Shown here: one piece after another, positions 13,023 through 23,256 of the stretch
Layout: each line of letters starts with the position of its first letter
Numbering within the stretch: position 1 is the stretch's first letter
Assembly: GCA_036630325.1 (NCBI GenBank)
Contig: CP142734.1
Span: 248,001-312,000, forward strand
Direction: 5' to 3'
Source: Vairimorpha necatrix
Lineage: Eukaryota
Length of the DNA stretch: 64,000 nucleotides
The notes under the pieces: model-generated
What the model was told of the DNA's origin: nothing
Database searches by the model: none
What the model saw: only the letters and a program-made list of their open reading frames with translations
Program-made: the position numbers and the translations under genes

Positions 13023-14093
13023 TCATTCGATTTGGCAATCTTTACCAAAATTAATTTTAACATTGTGTTTTCTGAGGAAGTTAAGTCCAATGATCATGTT
13101 AGAAGTTATATCATTCGTTACCACAAAGTTTTCTTCGAAAACTTTCTCTCCCATCATAAACTTTTGTTTTATCACACCTAAAGTCTTGATTTCTGTACCA
13201 TTGGCTGAAATGAGGTTTCTTGCCGGTTCTAATGCCTTATTCCTTACAAAATTTCCTTTAATTAAATTTACACATGCTCCAGAGTCGACTAGTGCTTGTA
13301 TTTTAAAATGTCCGATATTAACTAAGACTGTAAGGTCTTTAGTACACGTGTCCCCAAGGGATCGAACACAATTATAGAAATTAGGAGTTTTATTGTCGTC
13401 AAGTACGTCATTATCTTCAAGAGGACTTCCAATTTCCCTAATTATCCTACTATTTCGTTCCCGTTTTTGCTTTTGGCAGTCTTTCTTAAAATGTCCCTTT
13501 CTACCGCAGTACCAGCATTCCTTATTATTTTGCACTTTGCAAACTTCCATCTGATTCTCCTGAGGCCTTTCTGGTAACATCCTGTAAGATCTCGACCTAC
13601 TGCTGCAATCCAATCCTTCGCATGCATTATAAATATAGTTCCAAGTGACTTCCGCCGGAGTATTCATGAGTAACATGCCTCCAATATCTTCGGGCAGTCC
13701 ATTCAATACGAAAGCAATTAACACATTGTCTGGGAGAGCAGCTTTCATTGCTAGCCGCTTCATTTGATCAAGATAAAGTAAGAATGACCCTTCCGTGTAT
13801 AAACATCTTGCCAGATTTTTTATGTGTCCGACGCTGCTTAGTCTTCCTTTAAATCTTCTTAAGAATGCCTCACATAGCTCTTCAAATCCACAGCTCCATG
13901 GCACTGATTCAGTCCAAATTGTTGCTTCCCCCGCTAAGTGGTCTCTAAAGAAAAAGATTTTCCCTTCTTCACCACAATTGGCTATCGTTGTCCATCCCCT
14001 TACGTATGCCAAAAAGGCATCGGGATCATCCTCTCTGCTATTTCTAAAAGTTTTTTTGTTTGCCGTTGTCGCCAAACTGTTATTAGAAAACAT
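13023..14093 (-). CDS. Gag-protease portion of the element A polyprotein
   Basis: Zinc knuckle CWYCGRKGHFKKDC and aspartic protease LVDSGA. The ATG has CCCC context inside the 5' LTR. The frame continues into RT after a TGA. Confidence 0.9.
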   Translation of the reverse strand: MFSNNSLATTANKKTFRNSREDDPDAFLAYVRGWTTIANCGEEGKIFFFRDHLAGEATIWTESVPWSCGFEELCEAFLRRFKGRLSSVGHIKNLARCLYTEGSFLLYLDQMKRLAMKAALPDNVLIAFVLNGLPEDIGGMLLMNTPAEVTWNYIYNACEGLDCSSRSRSYRMLPERPQENQMEVCKVQNNKECWYCGRKGHFKKDCQKQKRERNSRIIREIGSPLEDNDVLDDNKTPNFYNCVRSLGDTCTKDLTVLVNIGHFKIQALVDSGACVNLIKGNFVRNKALEPARNLISANGTEIKTLGVIKQKFMMGEKVFEENFVVTNDITSNMIIGLNFLRKHNVKINFGKDCQIE

Positions 14094-14204
14094 GGGGTTA
14101 TTTATTTACTAAATTTATAGTCCAAATGTCACATGTCAAATATCTTGTGTCGAATGTCATTTGATAAATAATTGTATGTCATTTGACATGTTATACTTAT
14201 AACA
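14078..14204 (-). repeat. 5' LTR of element A (contains the gag ATG at 14093)
   Basis: Direct repeat of 10601-10727, followed on the minus strand by GTT and the PBS. Confidence 0.95.
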
Positions 14205-14954
14205 GCAAGCACTTTGAATAATAAAAACAAAAATAAATATAATTTATAAATGTAGTATCATATTATTGAGATTTGATTATATTTTTTTTACAATTACTTT
14301 TTATTCAACTTTGTGTTTGTAAAAATAAGTTGCTTTGTTTTTTGATAGAATTTTTACTAAAAATTTTCTCTTAAAACAAATGAGTCCTGTCAAATAATAC
14401 ATAAAATGATGAATGTTATTAATATACACCAGCAACTAGCTTGTTAATTTCTTTGACGAAAATGCTTAGTAAACGTTAAAAGAGGAATGACGGGGAGATA
14501 GTAAACAGTTATACACAAGACAGGTTCTACGATGTTTTCTAGCTACAAAAAAAATCTTATAAATGGATTTTTACATAAGATCACGCAAATAAAAACTAGT
14601 ATAAATAGTTTTTTATACAAAAGTGATATATTTTGTATGTTTTTAAATAAAAAGTGTTAGTAAAAGTTGGGCTGTTTTGTTTCTCCTTTTTATATTCCCA
14701 TCCAGGGGGCAATCTCCTAAAGCAATGTCAAATAAAAGATAATTTACACTGCATAGTTATATATCAGAATCAAAAGCAAAAAGGAGTTGGTAAAGATTTT
14801 CATCAAAATAAACTTCATTTTTTCAATATTTTCGAAATACAATAAATACAGTTTTTAGAAATAAAAACTCAGTAGAAAGATGTCAAAATTTTCACAAGTC
14901 ACGTCAAAAGTTAATCCCTTTTTTTATATAAAAATAAAAATTTACCTTTAGGGT

Positions 14955-16943
14955 ATGGAAACCAACAAAAACATTCTGAAATATGAAAATCTTATCTATG
15001 AAGTAAAAAATAAAGATAAAAAAATTCATACTAAGTACGCTACTATAATCAATGGATTATCTGCTTCAATAGAATCTGGAAAACTTACTGCGGTTATGGG
15101 GGCCAGTGGTTGTGGTAAAACACATTTGTTTGAATTGCTTATAGGGAATTTACCTGCTGACTGTAAGACATCAGGGAAAATAACCTACAACGAACAAGAA
15201 AAAGATGAGAAAAATTGGGTTAAACAGATAGCATTTCTTCCTCAGGATGATATCTATTATCCTGATTTGACCACTTATGAATCAATTATGTACAACCTCT
15301 CATTTAATTCGAATACCTATAAGGAAAATGTTAAGATAGCAAACGAAGCTATTGAAAGCGCATGCATTTCTAACAAAAAAGATGCTCCGATAAAAACCTT
15401 GTCTGGTGGTGAAAGGAAAAGAGCCATGATAGCTATTACAATGGCAAACAATCCTGAGATTTTAATATTAGATGAACCAACAACTGGTCTTGATTCTCAT
15501 AGTGCATTGAAAATTGTTGAGAGTCTAAAAAAATATGCAGTTTATAATAATAAAATAGTTATAATGACAGTGCATCAACCAGGAGATGGTATGTTCAGTT
15601 TATTCGATGATTTATTATTTTTGACTAGAGGTGGAATGTTTTATTCTGGACCAGCTAATGAAATTAATAGATTCTTAGAATCAAATAATATTATTCCGCC
15701 ATCAAACATGTCACATTCAGAAGTGCTTTTCATTTTACATTCAGATCCCGAAGAATCTGAATTTGCAAGAAAACATGAAAGTGTTGTTAAGGACATCGTT
15801 TATAGAAATGCAGTAAAAAATCAATTGCCAGAACCCAAAGTATGTAATAACAAAAAAATGTTCTTTTTTGATCTTAACTTTAGACATGCTCTAATATTGG
15901 TAAAACATAATTTTAAATTAATGCTGAAAAGTCCGGATAGATTGAAGAATTTTATTTTATTTTTTTTACTAAGTTTGCCTACCTATGGATTGACGTTTCT
16001 TAGAATCTGGCTTAAAAGCCGCAAAGAATTAAAGACAATTTATGAAATGCTAGGAAAAACGGGGCAATTTGATTTTTCAGAAAAGTTTGCTCTATCTTAC
16101 GCGTTGTTTACCAGTGAATTTGCTCTTTCCGTTGCTTTTTGGACAACATTTTTTAGTATAAACATGCAAGATGAAGTTATTTTGAAAATGGAATTATTTA
16201 CAAGACAATATTCTGCAATGACGTACTATTTGTATAACTTTTTGCAGAAATTTTTGTGTTCTTACATTTTCCTGAGTATTAGTTTTCTACTTTTATTTAT
16301 TATTGATTTTAATATTGGCTACTCTAAAGAAATTTTATGTTTATCATTTCCCATTATCGTGATATCTTTATTTTTCACGGTTGCAAGCAATTTATTGCTA
16401 ACATCAATTCCTTTGGGCAAGAAGATTTCATATTTCTTTGTCTTAAGTAATTCATGTGGAATATATTATGCGCATTCTATAATAATCGATTGGTACAGAA
16501 AAAAAATGTGTGGTCTATGGGACAAGTTACCTTATTTATTGGATTTGCTATTGATTTTCCCTAACTATTGTTTTGACATTTATTCTATGACTAGAATGCG
16601 TATAACAATGAGAAATTCTAAATCAAAAGATTTCCAAAATAAAATTGAAGTAATAAAGCCGTATGAAAAATTTTTGATGGAGGGCTCTATGATTAAAGAA
16701 ACTTACGCAGAAGACACTCCAATCATTAGAACTAGAAATTATGAAAATTACTATATATTTGAGATGCCGGTCGAACTTAAAAAAGACCCTAAATTTGCTC
16801 TATCGTTAATTTCCTTTGATATTACACCAAATATTTTACTATATTTTATTATTCCCTTAAGTCTGTCTGTCTGCGTAATGTTGACATTATTTATGATAAA
16901 GTTAAAAAAAGTTCCTAACATTAGAACTAAACTTATGAACTAA
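14955..16943 (+). CDS. ABCG (White-like) half ABC transporter
   Basis: Walker A GASGCGKT, signature LSGGERKR, Walker B ILILDEPTTGLD, H-loop TVHQP. NBD precedes a multi-TM domain. GGGT directly precedes the ATG. Confidence 0.95.
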   Translation: METNKNILKYENLIYEVKNKDKKIHTKYATIINGLSASIESGKLTAVMGASGCGKTHLFELLIGNLPADCKTSGKITYNEQEKDEKNWVKQIAFLPQDDIYYPDLTTYESIMYNLSFNSNTYKENVKIANEAIESACISNKKDAPIKTLSGGERKRAMIAITMANNPEILILDEPTTGLDSHSALKIVESLKKYAVYNNKIVIMTVHQPGDGMFSLFDDLLFLTRGGMFYSGPANEINRFLESNNIIPPSNMSHSEVLFILHSDPEESEFARKHESVVKDIVYRNAVKNQLPEPKVCNNKKMFFFDLNFRHALILVKHNFKLMLKSPDRLKNFILFFLLSLPTYGLTFLRIWLKSRKELKTIYEMLGKTGQFDFSEKFALSYALFTSEFALSVAFWTTFFSINMQDEVILKMELFTRQYSAMTYYLYNFLQKFLCSYIFLSISFLLLFIIDFNIGYSKEILCLSFPIIVISLFFTVASNLLLTSIPLGKKISYFFVLSNSCGIYYAHSIIIDWYRKKMCGLWDKLPYLLDLLLIFPNYCFDIYSMTRMRITMRNSKSKDFQNKIEVIKPYEKFLMEGSMIKETYAEDTPIIRTRNYENYYIFEMPVELKKDPKFALSLISFDITPNILLYFIIPLSLSVCVMLTLFMIKLKKVPNIRTKLMN

Positions 16944-17169
16944 AATAAAGCGGTTCTTTTTAAATTTTTTTTAATCATTTCAGTTCTTCATTTGTTTAAT
17001 TAGAAAAGTTAATTGACTAATACAAAGAAAAAAGGTCTAAAAGTTAACTTTATGTTACAGTAAGTTATTAATTTCTTTTGTTTTGGATTATACAACAAAG
17101 CAATCTTAAAATACAATTTTGATGATAAACATTTTAGGACTTTTTTTTATTTGAAAATAGCATACGAAA

Positions 17170-17238
17170 TGTGATGTATATGACTACATAAAATAGGCAG
17201 ATATCATAAATATCATCTGTCATATATTTTCAAAGACA
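17170..17238 (+). repeat. Probable 69-bp solo LTR related to the element B family
   Basis: Begins TGTGATGTATA and ends AAAGACA, like the element B LTR. Flanks CGAAA and CGTAA give a 4/5 TSD. Confidence 0.5.
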
Positions 17239-17252
17239 CGTAAAACATATTA

Positions 17253-20200
17253 TGTGATATATTTGTATAATTTCTATCCCCCATTATTATAAATAAAGAC
17301 ATGGGGCGATACCGAATCGTCAGTTTACAAGTGTGGACTGTGGTCTAGAGGCCAAAAAGTTATTAAAAGAAGTTAGAAGAATAATGTATAGGTTGGAGAT
17401 GGAGGAAATAGAAATCAGTTTGTGGAAGCAGAGAATATTTATGGAAGGAAGTGAAGAAATAAAAAATTTCATGGTAGAAAGAATTAGTAAAGAGGACGAA
17501 TATTATAAAATAATTGAGAAATTAGAGGAGGAAATATGTAGAGAAGAAAGAACTAAAAAAGAAGAAGAAAATAGGAAAGAACTTATGGAGGTCATAGCTG
17601 AGAATGTTAGAGAAACTGTGAGAAAAGAAATTCAAGAGAAAGATTTAGTTTTAAGGAATACAGTACAAGAAATAAGAAATAATAGGAATTGTTTTAATTG
17701 TGGTAAATTTGGCCATATGGCTAGGAACTGCTATGTAGGAAGGAACAATAATCAGGAAAATAATAAAAAGTTTAATAAGTACTTAAATTTAGACGAAAAC
17801 CAAAGTTGTAGTAGCAGTAATGATAATAAAGAATATAAACCAAGTGGAAAGACAAAACGAGTTAAGTTGAAGGAATGTAATAATAGTGATAGAAGACATA
17901 AAGAAAGAATATATGCGAACAATAAAGAGACGAAAAGAAGATTACTGAAGAAGGCATTTACGTTGGAAGATCTCAAAGCGGAATATGAAGAAGTTTTTAA
18001 ACAAGGAGATGAGGTTATAAGTTATTGTACATTAGAGAAGTGTAAGATAGATACTCCAGAGGGTAAGAAGATAGTCAGAAAGAGACAGACGATCCCACAG
18101 GCTTTGATCAAACAGACTGAGGAATATATTAATGATTTAGAAAATAGAAAAATTATAAGAAGATCGTCTTCAGAATGGCGAAACCCAATAAGAGCGATAC
18201 TTAAACCAAGTGGTGAAGTAAGAGTAGTTAGTAATTTTATAGGGTTGAATGATTTAGTCGAGAAAAACCCGTATGAGCTAACGAATATGAGAGAAATAAT
18301 AAGAGCTACGCAAGGGTCGATAATATTTACTGTTGTTGATTGCAAAGAAGCATTTTACCATTTTGAAATTGAAGAAAAAGATAAACATAAGACGGCGTTT
18401 GAATTTAATAAAAAAGTTTACGAATGGAATAGTATGGTGATGGGATACAAAAATTCCCCACAGATACTACAGAGAACGATGAATATGATTTTTGAAGATT
18501 TGCGGGGAAATGGTGTTGAGGTATACATGGACGATATAGTAATACATGCCAACAATAAACGTAAACACGATGAATTAGTAATAGAGGTTATAGAAAGAAT
18601 TAAGAAAATAAAATGAAATTAAATATTGGGAAAATACAGTTTAGACAAGCGGAAGTAAAATTATTAGGTGTGACGCTGAATGGAATAGACATGACGGCCG
18701 ACGAAATAAAGAAAAATGAAGCCTTGGAGTATCCGGATCCAAAAACTTTGACGGAATTGAGGAGGTTTCTAGGATTGACTGGATGGTTCAGACCATTTAT
18801 AAAAGATTATGCCGGGCTGACGTTGAAAATGACAGATAGTTTGAAGAAAAATGGCAATTCGTGGAAATTTACGGAAGAGATGAAAGAGGAATTTACTAAA
18901 ATGAAAAATGTGTTAAGAAATATGGGAAGACTAAGATTACCGGACTATAATAAGGAGTTCATACTAAGAACAGACGCTAGCAATTTGAGATTGGGTGCGG
19001 TGTTACTTCAGAAGAATGAGAATGGGGAATGGGTTGCTATACAATGGGCATCTAAAAAGCTAACACCTACCGAAATAAGATATGGAATATCAGAAAAGGA
19101 AATGCTTGCGATATATTGGGGAATTGATAAATTTAAATACGAGTTAAGAGGTAGGAAATTCAAGATAGAAACGGATCACAAAGCACTGGTGGAGATAAGA
19201 AATAAACCGTTTTTCAATAATAACAGAATAAATCGTTTAATCGAGAAGATACAGGAATATGATTTTATCGTTGAATATAAAAAACCTGATGAGATGGTGG
19301 TAGCAGATGCGTTGAGTCGAATAAATATGGAAGAGGATATTAAAGAAATGAAAAAAAAAAGCGAACAATCAAGCAAACAGAAGGTAAATGGAAAGCACAT
19401 GTTTCTTCCGAGAATGGAAAGCAATATTGGCAATTTGACTCAGGACGTAAAGTTGAAATACCACCTGAGAATATAAGGAGACAATTAATCCAAGAATATC
19501 ATGAAAAAGTAGGCCACAGATGCATGACAAGTGTTTATTATGCAATGAGAGAAGAATACTATTGGCCAGGAGTAAAGAAAGAAGTAAACGAGGTTATAAA
19601 ACAGTGTCAGAAATGTCAGATATATAACAGGAAAAATATGGGTGGTTGTGAATTTGTAGATACGTCGAGATACTTAGAGAAGGTTGCATTAGATTTGATA
19701 GACTTTAGAAATGAGAAGAAATATGTTTTAGTTGCTATCGATTATTTTACACGTAGAGTATGGGGAGTAGTTATAAATAACAAGTCAAGTAATAATGTTG
19801 TTGGATTTTTGAAAAGATTATGTGAGCAAGGGAAGAAACCAGAAGAAATTATTACAGATAACGGGAAAGAGTTTATTAACGTGGAATTTAGGAAATTTTG
19901 TAGAGATCTCGATATAATACACCGACAAGTAAGTATAGAAGCGCATAGAAGTAACGGAAGAGTAGAGCGTGTTATAGGAACTTTGAGAGAAAGTATTTTA
20001 AAGTCGGATGCGAAAACTTTTGAAGGTAAAGTGTATAAAAGTATCGATATATATAATCAGAGCTATCATACGGGAATAAAATGTACACCATTAGAAGCGA
20101 CTAAGATTTAACTGGAGACGTAATGCTTGAAAATAGCCCTATAAGGAAATATTGTAATAGGTTTGGAAAGGGAAAGATCGAAAAATTTAGTAAAGGTCAA

Positions 20201-20466
20201 TTGGTAAGAATAGCTAAACGAGAAAATTTGGCAGGTGTTAATAAGTATGAAAAAGGAAGATTTTTGGATACAGGAAAAATTGTTGAAAAGTGTGGAAAGG
20301 ATTCTTATATTGTAAAACTTAGTAATGGTAGGCTTGTGAAGAAGAGACATTATGATCTGAAGGGTATGCTTGGGGTAGATGTGAAAATTAGATGAGACTA
20401 ACCGTCTTGAGGGGGGATGTGATATATTTGTATAATTTCTATCCCCCATTATGATAAATAAAGACA
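17253..20466 (+). mobile_element. Full-length miniature Ty3/gypsy element B (3214 bp, 49-bp LTRs, no visible protease)
   Basis: LTRs at 17253-17301 and 20418-20466 differ at 1 position. TSD TATTA on both sides. PBS-like TGGGGCGATACCG at 17302. PPT GAGGGGGGA before the 3' LTR. ORFs carry gag zinc knuckle, RT (YMDD), RNase H and integrase. Confidence 0.95.
17301..20395 (+). pseudogene. gag-pol polyprotein of element B, split by small frameshifts
   Basis: ORF 17333-18616 has CFNCGKFGHMARNC, SSSEWRNP, YMDD. ORF 18613-19476 has TDAS, TDHKAL, VADALSR. ORF 19524-20111 has WPG..CQKC, LDLID, TDNGKEF, SNGRVER. ORF 20123-20395 is the C-terminal tail. Confidence 0.9.
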
Positions 20467-21415
20467 TATTATACCGCTAGTAAAGAAGGTTTTACAAACA
20501 AATAATTTGTGGTATTACAAATACCACAAATTATTTGCTATTTAATTCAAGTACTAATATACACAATGATTCCAAACCTAACATCTCCTCCTCAAAATGG
20601 TTAGTCTTGCATTCTTAATTTCTTTGAGATCATAATGTCTTTTCGAAATAATTTTCCTCCTTGACCGCTATTAACAATAGATCATTTTCAGAAATTTCTT
20701 TAATAAAGTCTTCTCTTTCGAATATACTACTATCCTGTTTACTAACATTGCCAAAACCTTCTCTTTTCGTATTCTACTGGCTGACCTTCTGTAAACTTTT
20801 CTTTCGCACTTTTTATAAATTTACCTCCATAGTCTTCATCACTTAGTTTTCAACTTTACAATATATTTTTTCCTTTCGTTAACAGCCCTGTAGGTGTACA
20901 CTGAAGTCTATTATGATACGTCCTATAATATATCAACATCTTAATATTAACTTCAGCCCCATCGTCCTCCCCCCTGCTATAACACGCTTTCCCACATCGT
21001 TCTTATCGCCCCTTCAACTGGCCGTTCATCTACGAGCTTCACACTAACCTTCTTATGTTAAATCTGGGTTATCAAATAACAATTTTCAAAGTCTTCACAA
21101 AAAAACCTTGAAATTATCGCTTATAATCTATTAATGAAGATCTAGTATTAAACCAATACTCCATTTTACCAATAATCATCTTTGTACTTTTATCTTTATA
21201 TCACTAACATACCAATACCGAGTAAAGTAGTCAATTTATATCAAAATCACTTTAATAGGTTCGCCAATCTCCATGAAATCAATAACGAGTTTCTCGACTT
21301 TATAACTCGATGTAAGATTTTAAAACCACTTTCGTTCTTTCTATTGCCCATCATAATCACCATACATGCTCTAATTTATCATTTCACTTGATATTTTATT
21401 TCAGGCCGACAATAA

Positions 21416-22631
21416 GGCGCAACGGTCTGAGCCCGGACTTTTTTCTCTATAAAGGGGGACTCTTAGAGAGAACGAAAAATAATAAAAATAAAAGCATTTA
21501 ATTTTAATTAAAAAAAATTGATAATTTCAATGAAAAAGTCTCTGCAACTTTTTATCTTTTTTTATATTGCACATCTTCTTCTCCATTTAAATTCCTCCAA
21601 AAAATTTGGTCGGTCTTTCTTTGATTTCTTTTCTAGCTATTATATCACATTTAAGACGTGACCAGACTCCCTTTATTGAGTTTGTGATCTCTGATGCTTT
21701 TTTTAAAACCGTCATCGTGGACTAAACGCGATGATTAGAGTTGATGGATTCAACCGCTTCGGGGTAGGATTTGTGCCTATTAGTTTTACAAATAGTATCT
21801 TTTTTTATATTTTTTGAAAACACCGAATCATCGTCTGGATAGTGAAGTTAGGCACTATCTCGATTCTCCATTCTAACAATCGCTCGTCTATTGTACCAAT
21901 CAACCGTGTGCTGTTTTTAACTGTGCCATATCTTTCCGATGGTGGATTGACAAATTTCCCTTTTACTATAACCTTTTCATCGTTTTGTGTCACTTCTTCA
22001 ACTTCTATTTTTTTAGTGCTTGTTGTTTTATTTTTTAGTGCTTGTTGTTTTATTTTCAATGCTTCGTATATATTTTTTTAAGCCTTGAAGACACTGAAAG
22101 CTGTCATACGGGAATTTTTGTTTAAGTTCTGTGTAGACTGCGTTTCAGTAAATAAATACAGAATATACAAATAATTATTTATAGATATTCGAGGACTAAA
22201 AAATGAAGTTTAATCAAAAACTCCCATTGATGTTCCACATCCTGTCTTTTCCTATACTTAAAAAGGTGGCAGTCTATGTACAAATCATCCGGAGTTAATG
22301 CCATTATACCAGGAAAGTACATACATTCTATGGGTGTTTTTAGTAGATTTTCATCCCCTAGCCAACATATTGCCTCATGTGGGTCTTGGAAGTTTTTTGA
22401 CCTACTGTCAAGAGGCTCTAGACATAACATAAGGGTAGAATATTTTGAAAAAAATCATCTAAAAAACAAAAAAGTTTATAGCTCAAAAATTGTTAATCCA
22501 AATGAAATTTATTCAATTCTGTTAAATTTAGATTCTTGGGGATATGAGAGTAAAAACATTTCCCCACTTTACGGTCTGTGCCCGGATTCAGTACGTAAAA
22601 ATAGGGAAGGTCCGGGCTCGCCTGTTGCGCC
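21416..22631 (-). mobile_element. Merlin (IS1016/ISXO2-like) DNA transposon, degenerate transposase
   Basis: Imperfect TIRs GGCGCAACGGTCTGAGCCCGGAC and GGCGCAACAGGCGAGCCCGGAC. Perfect 8-bp TSD GACAATAA at 21408-21415 and 22632-22639. Transposase remnants QNDEKVIVKGK and TNSIKGVWSRLK. Confidence 0.9.
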
Positions 22632-22953
22632 GACAATAATAATATTTCTTTAGCTTATAAAATGTTCCTTTTAACCCCCTGTCGTTAAACCCATAATTTA
22701 TTCCTTTACAATTTTGATCTCTCTTGCATTTTTTGAATTTCCATTTGTAACCAATTATCAAATTCCAAATACTCCTTATTATCTCTGATCACTGTATGTT
22801 TTTCAATTTTCCCTTTCATTTATGGCGTAGCTTGTTCTTTAATTATAAATTCATTTTTATCTTCGTTATCTTGATATTGTCTACTAAAAGCATCCGCATT
22901 TGACATTAATTCTTCTTTTAACTTACGTTGGAAACATACTCCTGGATCCTTTC

Positions 22954-23256
22954 TGACGTAATCCAGAGGAGCTACCTCTGGATAAATAATGTTCTAAAAA
23001 ATTAATAGTTTTATTATTGGTTTTATAGCCTTGTTGGGCATCTGCATTGGGAGTCTGGTCCCTGGCTTTAGAGCCCTTCCTTGGTCTTGCGTTCCAAGGG
23101 AATTGTTCGTTATTCTTTTTATTCATCCGGTAGGGGTCAGGGCAAAAAAGAAATAAATATTTGATTTTTGGAATGGACCGGTCGAATGGTCTATTTTCCA
23201 AAAAGGGTAATTTGATTAATTTTAAATAATTAATTTGTGGTATTTGTAATACCACA
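22954..23256. mobile_element. 303-bp solo LTR-like insertion
   Basis: TG...CA termini with a perfect 5-bp TSD CTTTC at 22949-22953 and 23257-23261. It interrupts the RNase H region of element C. Confidence 0.85.

Larger units (their letters stand above)
10599..14204 (-). mobile_element. Full-length Ty3/gypsy LTR retrotransposon A (3.6 kb, ~127-129-bp LTRs, tRNA-Ser PBS)
   Basis: LTRs at 10601-10727 and 14078-14204 differ at 4 positions. TSD GCAAG at 10594-10598 and 14205-14209. PPT AAAGGGGGAAGAG abuts the 3' LTR. PBS TGGCGACAACGGCA at 14074-14061. Domain order gag-PR-RT-RH-IN. Confidence 0.95.

Noticed and set aside
13023-13025. Programmed stop-codon readthrough between gag-PR and RT
   Set aside because: Other in-frame stops and frameshifts occur inside conserved RT/RH/IN, so decay is the simpler explanation.
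18600-19370. Programmed ribosomal frameshifts in element B
   Set aside because: The shifts fall within RT and after RNase H at A-rich runs, more like indel mutations or homopolymer sequencing errors.
11679-20467. Antisense ORFs over gypsy elements (e.g. 12973-13377, 13795-14112, 18022-18345, 20108-20467)
   Set aside because: Shadow ORFs on the strand opposite real coding sequence, with no motifs.
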